Virus record (IMG/VR): IMGVR_UViG_2718217863_000001
Length of the DNA stretch: 42,681 nt
From: a virus
Taxonomy: Duplodnaviria; Heunggongvirae; Uroviricota; Caudoviricetes
Strand: one strand, 5' to 3'
Under the pieces are notes generated by a model, which made no database searches, was not told the DNA's origin, and was given only the letters and a program-made list of their open reading frames with translations. The translations under genes were made by a program, and so were the position numbers. Each line of letters begins with the position of its first letter. The stretch's first letter is position 1. Below, in pieces: positions 28,632 to 37,172 of the stretch.

Positions 28632-30872
28632 TTATATTTTCATTGCCAGTTCAGTTAAAACCGCAACGCGATTGAGGATTTCTGTAGCCTTGGTCTGATG
28701 TTCCTTAGCTCTATCTTGATGCGATGGCGCTGCGGAAAATATTTCGCCTTTGGCCGTTCCGCGTAACCATTTACCATCAAAACAACTTTTACCACCGACC
28801 ATCAGGTGCAGGGCTTCGCCCCGGCTGATAACGATGCCAGTTGTCAGATGTATCTCGTCGATAATTTTCGCTAAAACTACGTTTTGCTCATTCGTTCCGT
28901 GAATGAATTTTCGCCGTATTTGTGGTTTTTGCTTCCTGAGTCGGTTTGTCAGCTCTCGTCTTTCACGTCGACTCAAGGGTTTTGATAAATCGAGTTCCGG
29001 TGGATCGCTTTCGCTTCCCGTATAGTTATTGACAGAACTCCGAGAGGGCGCAGGAGCGCCCTTAACGTCAACGGCCAAATCAACTACACGCTTCGGCACA
29101 ATTTTCCACTGCGTTAGCCGGGTTAAAATCGGGGCGCCAGAGCCTACAGAGGAATCGTACACGCCACGGATGCAGACGGTTTCCTCACCATACAGGTTAA
29201 ACTCGGCGCGCGGTTCATACAGCGTGCGCACCTGCAAGTCATCACGACGGACAAACGGACCACCCTGCGCATTGACATATCCAGCCCAATCACCGGCATC
29301 AGCGGCGTCATGAACGGCGGCAAATTCAATACTCAGGCCGTGCGCGGTTTCGGTATCAGCGAGACGACGCAACTCACGGTAGACCGTCACAGGCGCACCG
29401 CCGATAAACTGAAATTGTCGGATGTGCCAGCGCGCCGCCCATGCTGATACAGCGGGGGCAGTCTCTTTTAGGAGCTCACCACTTTCGTCATCGGTTTCAC
29501 CATCGAGAGCATAGCCGTCGATATTTTTGGAAATGTATTTAGCGACATAGCCGGTAGCGCTGCCCTTTTCCGCGTCAATGGCCTCGGCATGAAAACGCGC
29601 TTTTTTGGCTTTATCGCTTCTCAGTTCATGGCGGTCTTCCTCCCACGCATAATCACGGATGATGAGACGCACACTCTCGACGTCTTCCGGCAACATGAAC
29701 ATAAGCATGTGCCAGTGCGGCGTTCCGTCGTGATGAGGCTCAGCAACACGGATGCCGAAAATGCGGATTTCTTCCCGGTGTAGCTTGGCGCGTATGCGTG
29801 CCCAAAGACCGGTTAGATAGCTCTGCGTGTCCGAAGGGCTGGCACCGTTCCATTTGCTATTACGGTAGCCCGCTTTAGTCGTGGCGTGATATTTAGACGG
29901 TGCGGTTAAAGTGTAAAACTCACCGACATAACCGAGCTCATTGCAGATATTTTCAAACCCACGGATGCGGGTCATCAGCTCGCAGCGGCGTATTGCAGGG
30001 TTAGCAACCGAACCATCGTATTTTTCAATCAGACTGATGCGGTTGCCGTCTTCGTCTTCGAGCTCCAGTCCTTTAAGAAATTCGCGCGTGCGGCGTTTCT
30101 GCTCGCGCCAGTCAGTCACGCAGTTTTTACTCGCGTAGGCGTGCTTTTTCTTACTGACGTTGCCAACAGCAATTTGTAGATGTTCGCGCCATGCAGACGC
30201 AATGCGACGTAAACGACCACGCCACCAAACCTCATTAAACATGCGCATTACTGCCGGTGCGATTTCATCCTCACCAAAATATTTTTTAGTCACACGCTCC
30301 CATTTCGGCGGTGTAACGTTGAATTGCAGGGAAATAAAACCGGCGCGCATGTACCAGGCGTACAGCGTTTTGAGTTCGCTAAATCCGGTGTCATCAATAT
30401 CAGCCAGTTCAGCACGAATGAAATTAGCGATATCAGCGGCAAGCAGGTCAATATCAGCGCGCGACATATCCGGGAGGCGGTTAAATCTGGCGACCATATT
30501 GACCATGCGTGACGCCAGATATTGCTTAAGCTGGGTATCAAAATGACCATCGAAAACAGAGGCTGATACATTGCTGTTGATGCCCGAGCACTCATATTTT
30601 TTTGCGACGAGTTCAAGACGTGGCAATGCCTTTTTGCAGAAGCTGATTAAAAAGGCATTGGCTCGTTGACTGCCCTGATTTTGCTCCAGTACCGCAGCGG
30701 TACGATAAACATCAAAGCGCACACACTCTGGCTGGAGAGAAAGCACCGTTCTCGCATGCAGCAAAGCCGCGAACATACGGTCGCGGCGATGCTGTTGGTC
30801 ATAGGTAAGATATGGGCTGGCTAATGCCGACCGTGGGGCATTCCACGGAAACGCGTAAACTACACCCGTCAT
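28632..30872 (-). CDS. A: Replication initiation endonuclease A (rolling-circle)
   Basis: 746 aa; position at end of early operon. Confidence 0.85.
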   Translation of the reverse strand: MTGVVYAFPWNAPRSALASPYLTYDQQHRRDRMFAALLHARTVLSLQPECVRFDVYRTAAVLEQNQGSQRANAFLISFCKKALPRLELVAKKYECSGINSNVSASVFDGHFDTQLKQYLASRMVNMVARFNRLPDMSRADIDLLAADIANFIRAELADIDDTGFSELKTLYAWYMRAGFISLQFNVTPPKWERVTKKYFGEDEIAPAVMRMFNEVWWRGRLRRIASAWREHLQIAVGNVSKKKHAYASKNCVTDWREQKRRTREFLKGLELEDEDGNRISLIEKYDGSVANPAIRRCELMTRIRGFENICNELGYVGEFYTLTAPSKYHATTKAGYRNSKWNGASPSDTQSYLTGLWARIRAKLHREEIRIFGIRVAEPHHDGTPHWHMLMFMLPEDVESVRLIIRDYAWEEDRHELRSDKAKKARFHAEAIDAEKGSATGYVAKYISKNIDGYALDGETDDESGELLKETAPAVSAWAARWHIRQFQFIGGAPVTVYRELRRLADTETAHGLSIEFAAVHDAADAGDWAGYVNAQGGPFVRRDDLQVRTLYEPRAEFNLYGEETVCIRGVYDSSVGSGAPILTRLTQWKIVPKRVVDLAVDVKGAPAPSRSSVNNYTGSESDPPELDLSKPLSRRERRELTNRLRKQKPQIRRKFIHGTNEQNVVLAKIIDEIHLTTGIVISRGEALHLMVGGKSCFDGKWLRGTAKGEIFSAAPSHQDRAKEHQTKATEILNRVAVLTELAMKI

Positions 30873-30885
30873 TTATTCTTCCGTG

Positions 30886-31194
30886 TCAGTATGATGCACA
30901 TAATAGCTCCCTCAGCTTTGCTGCAAGAATTTCAATAGCGTATTCATTAGGGAAGAGAGAGATTGAAAGAATTACCCAATTAGTTCCAAATTGGATGTAA
31001 TCTCTTACTGGTAAAATATGAGTTATTTCGACCAGCACTACTTTTGAGGTGCATTCATTACGAAACTCATTCAATAAAAGGTAATCACCACAACGGAAAT
31101 TACGGTCATCTACTCGCAGTTCTGCTTTTTTTGTTCCATCGCATACTGCTTCGAAATGTTCAGTAGTTATCTTTAAACAATGAATAGTTCTCAT
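30886..31194 (-). CDS. Small ASCH/DUF3850-like protein
   Basis: 102 aa from MRTIHCLKI...; ATGA overlap with upstream gene. Confidence 0.6.
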   Translation of the reverse strand: MRTIHCLKITTEHFEAVCDGTKKAELRVDDRNFRCGDYLLLNEFRNECTSKVVLVEITHILPVRDYIQFGTNWVILSISLFPNEYAIEILAAKLRELLCASY

Positions 31195-31418
31195 ACTGAA
31201 CCTCCGATGTAATGTTTGCCTTTCAGTTCGGCAATCTCTTGACATGTGACACAGCACTGCACACCTGGAATTGCGCGGCGACGGGCTGACGGGATTGGCA
31301 GATCGCAATCAATACAGTGAAGCCGAGAAATACCCGTTTTTTTATTGCGAGCATTACTGATATGCCGTTCGCGGTCTTCCTGCTCACGTTGTTGTGCAAA
31401 ATCCATTGCGTCGGCCAT
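31191..31418 (-). CDS. DksA/TraR-family C4 zinc-finger protein
   Basis: 75 aa; CxxC...CxxC (CIDCDLPI...CCVTCQ). Confidence 0.75.
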   Translation of the reverse strand: MADAMDFAQQREQEDRERHISNARNKKTGISRLHCIDCDLPIPSARRRAIPGVQCCVTCQEIAELKGKHYIGGSV

Positions 31419-31645
31419 TAGTGCAGCTCCTGTGATTCATTCTCAAAGCGGATGGCTTCACGGCGCAGTAGTTCGGCCGCTTCGGTACCGCTCATCCCCT
31501 CTTTGGTGATATGGATAGCCAGCGCCTCAAGACGGATTGAAACGGCGAGAGCACGGTCTTTACGCTCCTCTTTTTTTGCATCGGTCAGCAATACGGCCAG
31601 CGCTTCGGCATCAGCCTTTAAACTACGGGACTCGGTATTACGCAT
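31418..31645 (-). CDS. Hypothetical early protein
   Basis: 75 aa ORF in early operon with coupled start/stop. Confidence 0.55.
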   Translation of the reverse strand: MRNTESRSLKADAEALAVLLTDAKKEERKDRALAVSIRLEALAIHITKEGMSGTEAAELLRREAIRFENESQELH

Positions 31646-31714
31646 AATTAACTCTCCTGATTTCGGGCAATAAGAAGCCCGGCGGGTTTACGCCAAGTAA
31701 TTACGTTTAATTAA

Positions 31715-31915
31715 TTAACTATATCCAAATACAACAGCAGGTTTGCTTTTTAACTGTTTGATGATTTCGGCCTTTAATCCATCTTTAAATTCTTTGCAGC
31801 AATCCCACTCAGGGTCAACGCGAAGTATCGCGCCGTCACGGGTTTTAATTTCAAAACCTTCATCCATATTTGGAATCATTGCACCTAAAACAATCCTTAA
31901 TTCATCGCGTGACAT
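31715..31915 (-). CDS. Hypothetical early protein
   Basis: 66 aa ORF in early operon. Confidence 0.5.
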   Translation of the reverse strand: MSRDELRIVLGAMIPNMDEGFEIKTRDGAILRVDPEWDCCKEFKDGLKAEIIKQLKSKPAVVFGYS

Positions 31916-32129
31916 GTTTCACCCCTTTAATAACAAAGTGGACAATACGAATAATTAAAAAACCTGACGATTTTGGCGACTTTGTTTTCAGTCCTTTTAA
32001 TAATTCGGACTGTGAGCTACTTGGATGCCAGCGCTTGCCGTTCTTACCTGCGATCCAGCCGTGGCCGTAATGCATGCCAGGGCTTTGCTTAACAAGCAGA
32101 GACGCGAATGACGGTTCACTTTTCAGCAT
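31902..32129 (-). CDS. Hypothetical small early protein (uncertain)
   Basis: 75-aa ORF immediately downstream of cII, coupled to next ORF; Ser/Lys-rich, low confidence. Confidence 0.3.
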   Translation of the reverse strand: MLKSEPSFASLLVKQSPGMHYGHGWIAGKNGKRWHPSSSQSELLKGLKTKSPKSSGFLIIRIVHFVIKGVKHVTR

Positions 32130-32136
32130 ACGTACC

Positions 32137-32646
32137 TCAAATCAGACCAAACGATGCGCCAATACCGCTCATGGTATCGACCACGCTAGACATAGCAGGA
32201 TTAGTCTGCAGACGCGCATGCAGCGCCAGAGCCGACAATGACAACATGCGAATACCAGAGTTAACGCTTTCAATCATGTTGTGCTTACGGGCAGTGGTCA
32301 GACGCTCATCAGATACCGCACCGCTCGCCAGTTCGCCGAGTTCACGCATTGCGCGCATGACATAAGACTGCAATTTGTCTTTAGCCAACTCATTAACCGG
32401 TACGCATGGCAGGCAATGAATCTGCGCAAGAAAACCATCAACGAGGGTTGAGTCTTCTGTCAGGTCAGTCAGTAGCCACAATTCAGGCGGCGTAAACTGG
32501 TGAGGCTGTTCCGGGTTGAGCTTGTTGCGTAACGTCTGAACATTCATACCCGCGCGCTCGGCCAGCTTCGCCATATTGTGACGCTGCGCAAAAGCCCGGC
32601 ACGCTTCGTCATAGTGGGGATGTTTGGAAATCTGAAAATCAAACAT
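32137..32646 (-). CDS. cII: CII-like lysogeny-establishment transcriptional activator (186 CII-like, HTH)
   Basis: 169 aa; N-terminus MFDFQISKHPHYDEACRAFAQRHNMAKLAERAGMNVQTLRNKL matches remembered 186 CII; HTH. Confidence 0.75.
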   Translation of the reverse strand: MFDFQISKHPHYDEACRAFAQRHNMAKLAERAGMNVQTLRNKLNPEQPHQFTPPELWLLTDLTEDSTLVDGFLAQIHCLPCVPVNELAKDKLQSYVMRAMRELGELASGAVSDERLTTARKHNMIESVNSGIRMLSLSALALHARLQTNPAMSSVVDTMSGIGASFGLI

Positions 32647-32676
32647 GTTGCATCCTTACAATTCACATAAAGTGAA

Positions 32677-32940
32677 TTAAGCGCCGATGACGAGTTGAAA
32701 ACGGGAATGACCCAACGCCTTACGCAACTGCTCTTCTTTCCAGCGGGCGTAATAAATACGAATTGGGCCGCCTGCTTTCTTGCAGCCTTTACGTATGGTG
32801 CGGGGTTCAATTGGTACACAAGGGTTGTCGCCGGTTGTCCAGCGGTAAGCGGTGCGTTCAGAAACACCCTCAAGCTCTGCAAATTGTTGCAGAGTAACGA
32901 TAGGTGCAGGCACTTTGATGATTGCGATTTCAGAAGCCAT
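32677..32940 (-). CDS. apl: Apl excisionase/repressor (Cox-like)
   Basis: 87 aa from MASEIAIIKVPAP; HTH; position between cI and cII. Confidence 0.75.
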   Translation of the reverse strand: MASEIAIIKVPAPIVTLQQFAELEGVSERTAYRWTTGDNPCVPIEPRTIRKGCKKAGGPIRIYYARWKEEQLRKALGHSRFQLVIGA

Positions 32941-33026
32941 GTTGCATGATTCCCATTTTGACAATGTTTGTAATCAATGGCCTCTGTTTGCCAACTTCTG
33001 CCACTGATTGCCCGAATTAGCAACGA

Positions 33027-33052
33027 TACTAATACTCGATTGAGTATTAGTA
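33027..33052. promoter_or_regulatory. Candidate operator: perfect 11-bp inverted repeat TACTAATACTC-N4-GAGTATTAGTA in the cI/apl switch region
   Basis: Perfect palindrome 20 bp upstream of the cI start codon. Confidence 0.5.
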
Positions 33053-33072
33053 AATACCCAAAGGAATAAATT

Positions 33073-33648
33073 TTGATACTTGATACTCAGGTGAATAACG
33101 ACGAGTTACTGGATAGAATCTGTCAAGTATATGGTTTTACTCAAAAAATCCAGCTAGCCCGGCATTTCAATATTGCCGCCAGTTCCCTACAAAACCGCTA
33201 CACGCGAGGCACTGTTTCTTATGATTTCGCCGTACAGTGCGCATTAGAAACCGGGGCAAGCCTACTATGGCTTCTTACGGGGCAAGGCTCTCAATATGAC
33301 GGCAAACAGTCTCCAACGGATCCGAAAACGATAGACGCCTTCACTCTTAGTGATGGAAAGCTCGAAGAAAATTCACCATTGAGTATTGATGCTGGTTTCT
33401 TTAGTAAGCAAATGTCAAAAGGTATTGCTGTTCGCGCCGATGGAAAGCTGCACTTTATAGAACAAGATGCCTCACTTTCTGATGGCCTTTGGTTGGTTGA
33501 TATTGAGGGGGCTACCAGCATCAGAGAATTGACGCTCCTACCCGGTAAAAAGTTACACGTTGCTGGCGGCAAAGTACCGTTTGAGTGCGGGATAGATGAG
33601 ATAAAAACGATTGGCCGTGTAGTGGGTGTATACAGCGAGGTTAATTGA
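33073..33648 (+). CDS. cI: CI immunity repressor (186 CI-like)
   Basis: 191 aa; N-terminal HTH LDRICQVYGFTQKIQLARHF; TTG start per ORF track; ATGA overlap with int. Confidence 0.8.
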   Translation: MILDTQVNNDELLDRICQVYGFTQKIQLARHFNIAASSLQNRYTRGTVSYDFAVQCALETGASLLWLLTGQGSQYDGKQSPTDPKTIDAFTLSDGKLEENSPLSIDAGFFSKQMSKGIAVRADGKLHFIEQDASLSDGLWLVDIEGATSIRELTLLPGKKLHVAGGKVPFECGIDEIKTIGRVVGVYSEVN

Positions 33649-34652
33649 TGACTGTCCGTAAAAATCCGGCTGGCGGTTGGATTTGTGAGCTCTACCCAAA
33701 CGGTGCAAAAGGCAAACGTATCAGAAAGAAATTCGCTACTAAAGGCGAGGCGCTGGCGTTTGAGCAGTACACCGTTCAAAACCCGTGGCAGGAAGAAAAG
33801 GAAGACAGGCGCACGTTAAAAGAGTTGGTTGATTCATGGTATAGCGCTCATGGCATTACACTGAAAGACGGCTTGAAACGCCAGCTAGCCATGCACCATG
33901 CTTTTGAGTGTATGGGCGAACCACTTACACGCGATTTCGATGCGCAGATGTTTTCCCGCTACCGAGAAAAACGGTTAAAAGGCGAGTACGCCCGTTCAAA
34001 CAGAGTGAAAGAGGTATCGCCTCGCACGCTTAATCTTGAGCTGGCCTACTTCCGGGCTGTGTTCAATGAGCTAAACCGCCTCGGAGAATGGAAGGGTGAA
34101 AACCCACTGAAAAACATGCGCCCATTCCGCACAGAAGAAATGGAAATGGCCTGGCTGACTCACGACCAGATTTCGCTACTGCTCGGAGAGTGTAAACGGC
34201 ATGACCACCCTGATTTAGAAACTGTGGTAAGAATTTGTCTCGCCACTGGCGCACGGTGGTCTGAGGCCGAGAACCTGAGAAAAAGCCAGCTTGCGAAATA
34301 CAAAATCACATACACCAACACGAAAGGCAGAAAAAACCGCACCGTTCCAATTAGCAAAGAGCTCTATGATTCTCTGCCTGATGATAAAAAAGGCAGGTTG
34401 TTTAGTGATTGTTATGGCGCGTTCCGGTCTGCGCTGGAAAGAACAGGCATCGAATTACCGGCAGGGCAACTTACCCATGTTTTACGCCACACCTTCGCCA
34501 GTCACTTTATGATGAATGGTGGTAATATTCTGGTCTTGCAGCGCGTGCTCGGTCATACCGACATCAAAATGACAATGCGTTACGCACATTTCGCCCCAGA
34601 CCATCTGGAGGATGCAGTAAGGCTAAACCCACTGAACAACAACAGAGATTAG
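33645..34652 (+). CDS. int: Tyrosine integrase (P2/186 family)
   Basis: 335 aa; catalytic motif HVLRHTFASHFMMNGG...LGHTDIKMTMRYAHF. Confidence 0.9.
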   Translation: MMTVRKNPAGGWICELYPNGAKGKRIRKKFATKGEALAFEQYTVQNPWQEEKEDRRTLKELVDSWYSAHGITLKDGLKRQLAMHHAFECMGEPLTRDFDAQMFSRYREKRLKGEYARSNRVKEVSPRTLNLELAYFRAVFNELNRLGEWKGENPLKNMRPFRTEEMEMAWLTHDQISLLLGECKRHDHPDLETVVRICLATGARWSEAENLRKSQLAKYKITYTNTKGRKNRTVPISKELYDSLPDDKKGRLFSDCYGAFRSALERTGIELPAGQLTHVLRHTFASHFMMNGGNILVLQRVLGHTDIKMTMRYAHFAPDHLEDAVRLNPLNNNRD

Positions 34653-34662
34653 CCCCATTAAG

Positions 34663-36126
34663 TCATTTGCCGAGCATCTCTCTTAAATCTTGAGCCCAAT
34701 GCGTATCGTCAGATTGGATCGTTCCTTCAACATCAGTAAGCAGTTTTTGCTCAAGAATTGTCTCGGCATTTCGACTCTGGCTAAAGTATCTTACCGTTTC
34801 GGCAAAGTCCCAATTCTCATCTGCAAGCAGGCGCGGCTGGAAAGAATGACAGTAGATTGCAGCTATATCTTTACCCATAAAGTCAAAATCAGAAATCAAT
34901 TCGCAAATTTTCATATCACGTGCAAATTCGATCTGAGGGCCATGCAAGGTTTCATATCCAATATGAATTATTGTTGATTCTCCAATCGGAGCCTGCTTTA
35001 CAGCCTGAACAAGTACCCTTTTTATATCTTTTGCCTTTTTATCGACAGACTCATCAGCGAGACAAATCCATTTTGCGCAGAAAGGCATTTCTATCTCATC
35101 AATGAATACATTTATTGTACTAAGTTCATCATTGCTAAAAGTGCATAACTTTGCGTTGCAAACCATTGTATAACTTCCAAACGGGTCATACTGGTCATCT
35201 AATAAGGAATTTAATTGAGGAGAAGGATATTTCACATGCCACTTTCTTAAGTGGTTATCCACCCGTTCCATATCAATTAAGTTAGCCTGAACCAAAATAT
35301 CATCGCTCTCACATACTGCAATCTTACCTTTCACAAGATGATCAGAGCCGTAAATTTTTGCTACAGCACCGAGAAACACATCGATACGCGTTTTTACTAT
35401 TTCAGTTTTGAAAATCACATCAAAAAAAACTGGCTTATGGTATCGAGTAATCAATGGTCGAGCCATTTCCCACCGCTTCAACCACTCCGCCCTTTCTTCT
35501 TCTGAGTACTGAGTCACCTTTGCTAATCGCTTGCACTCAACATAAAAAATATCAGTGCCTTTAACAACTTTGAGGTCTGGTGTTTTATGAGCTCCTGTTT
35601 CTGGAATGAACTCAACTTCCCAGCCATTTTTCAAATAGCAGATAGCCACAACCAACTCAAACAAAATGGAATCAGGCTGGTTGATTGTCTTAACAAGCAA
35701 GTCATTTAATTTGGATTCAATACCTTTGACCTGCTTCAACTTTTCGCTATGTTCACCGATAACTGCGAAAAAATGCCAAATTCTTGACGACTGAGCTGGC
35801 TCATCTACTGTTGGGCGATCAGCCAAAGATTCAACTAAGTACAAATACCATGCAATCCAGTCATCATAGAATGCCAGGCGTGCATCTTTCTCATGGAAAG
35901 AAACGTCAGATTTTCCTGTGAAAAGGCGCTCCGACATTTCGCGGAAGTAAGCCAAAACCGCCCCACGACGCTCAACCCATTTATCTTCACCCATTACATC
36001 AATAAACCAACGGTATGCTGTTTTTATCTCTTTGACTAATGGGGCATCATGTCTATGATTGAAGCGTTCAAAAAATGCAGCATACTCATCTTCAACACTC
36101 TGATTTTTGGTATTTTTTTCACCCAT
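34663..36126 (-). CDS. Orphan 487-aa protein with PD-(D/E)xK nuclease-like core (candidate defence nuclease); alternative start 36159
   Basis: Motif TPDLKVV-x9-YVECKRL (D-x13-ExK) after hydrophobic strand LFELVVAICYL; GGTGGA RBS 7 nt before ATG at 36126; lies between int and attR; AT-richer than backbone. Confidence 0.7.
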   Translation of the reverse strand: MGEKNTKNQSVEDEYAAFFERFNHRHDAPLVKEIKTAYRWFIDVMGEDKWVERRGAVLAYFREMSERLFTGKSDVSFHEKDARLAFYDDWIAWYLYLVESLADRPTVDEPAQSSRIWHFFAVIGEHSEKLKQVKGIESKLNDLLVKTINQPDSILFELVVAICYLKNGWEVEFIPETGAHKTPDLKVVKGTDIFYVECKRLAKVTQYSEEERAEWLKRWEMARPLITRYHKPVFFDVIFKTEIVKTRIDVFLGAVAKIYGSDHLVKGKIAVCESDDILVQANLIDMERVDNHLRKWHVKYPSPQLNSLLDDQYDPFGSYTMVCNAKLCTFSNDELSTINVFIDEIEMPFCAKWICLADESVDKKAKDIKRVLVQAVKQAPIGESTIIHIGYETLHGPQIEFARDMKICELISDFDFMGKDIAAIYCHSFQPRLLADENWDFAETVRYFSQSRNAETILEQKLLTDVEGTIQSDDTHWAQDLREMLGK

Positions 36127-36370
36127 CGTGATTCCACCTAGCTTATGCGGTTTATGCATTCAAGATTAACTAACTTGCATGTTATCATTTTTGATATCAG
36201 GCAAGTGTTAGTCACGCTATAAAGGCTAGGTTGCCGTTTAAAGGCAATATGATAAGTGGCGATAAAGTGGCGGTAGAAATGGCTGATAATGTCTAATCAC
36301 TGGCAAACGCTGGCCATTTATGTCAATGATAAATAAAGCAAACTATTGATTTTCGGTTGTTCAGGTAGGA

Positions 36371-36416
36371 ACTCATAATCGCCTGGTCGCTGGTTCAAGT
36401 CCAGCAAGGGCCACCA
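36371..36416 (+). repeat. attR: displaced partial 3' end of tRNA-Ile2 (direct repeat of 2843-2888)
   Basis: 46-nt match with 2 mismatches; lacks 5' half of tRNA. Confidence 0.75.
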
Positions 36417-37172
36417 AATCATTATTCACGTATCAGGAAGAGTTAAGGTTACAAGGGGGACTCGATGGCGGTCAATATTTCACGACTAACGCCATTTTAA
36501 AGAAGCAGTGCGGTAGGTAGTTTCGAATGAGGGCTGGTGTTTTGGTACGTGGCACGCCACTGCAATGTATTTATCCATCAGTACTCATTCAAAAGTACCT
36601 GGAAAAAATGCCCGCTATGCCAAGCGGGCAAATTGCTTACATGTGGAATTAAGTAATTAACGATAAAGCCAGAGTATTATCATTTATCATGCCTCTTCAT
36701 TTAATCAGGTTAATTACTCAAATCACTGAACTATTCTCTGTTCGCTCACTGATGATAAGTGAAGTGTCACAACCACGATTTGTATGTGGACCAATGCCGT
36801 AGAGTAAGGATGAAATGTCTCTGCCACGCCTTAAACATCTACTACTGACTAGAACCGCCGTCGAATGCAGAAGAGTCTTGTGAGCATTACAGGAGTCTGG
36901 CTTTGGTCATTAATCAACGCTATTTAGATATAAATTTCTAACACTCAAAAAACGATTCTCACGAATAAATTATAACGGGTGGTTTTTATCATACAGTGAA
37001 ATAACCTTTTGTTTATTAAATTTAACATTCCTGTGCTAAATTAATTAAAAGTGCCATGTATAGCATATGAAGCTGTTAATGCCAGCAATTGTCTCAAATG
37101 AGCGATTTTTTATAGTGACAAACAATAATAACATTAAAAATAGCCATGTAGACATTAACTGAGGAATAGACA

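Larger units (their letters stand above)
2843..36416. mobile_element. P2/186-like (186-type) temperate prophage, about 33.5 kb, integrated at tRNA-Ile2
   Basis: Flanking direct repeats of tRNA 3' end; complete syntenic P2/186 gene set from ogr to int. Confidence 0.85.

Noticed and set aside
36420-37172. 750-bp AT-rich non-coding stretch between attR and the next gene, considered as possible sRNA or a second element
   Set aside because: No convincing hairpin-terminator, conserved motif or ORF detected by eye; most simply a promoter/regulatory region of the downstream AT-rich gene
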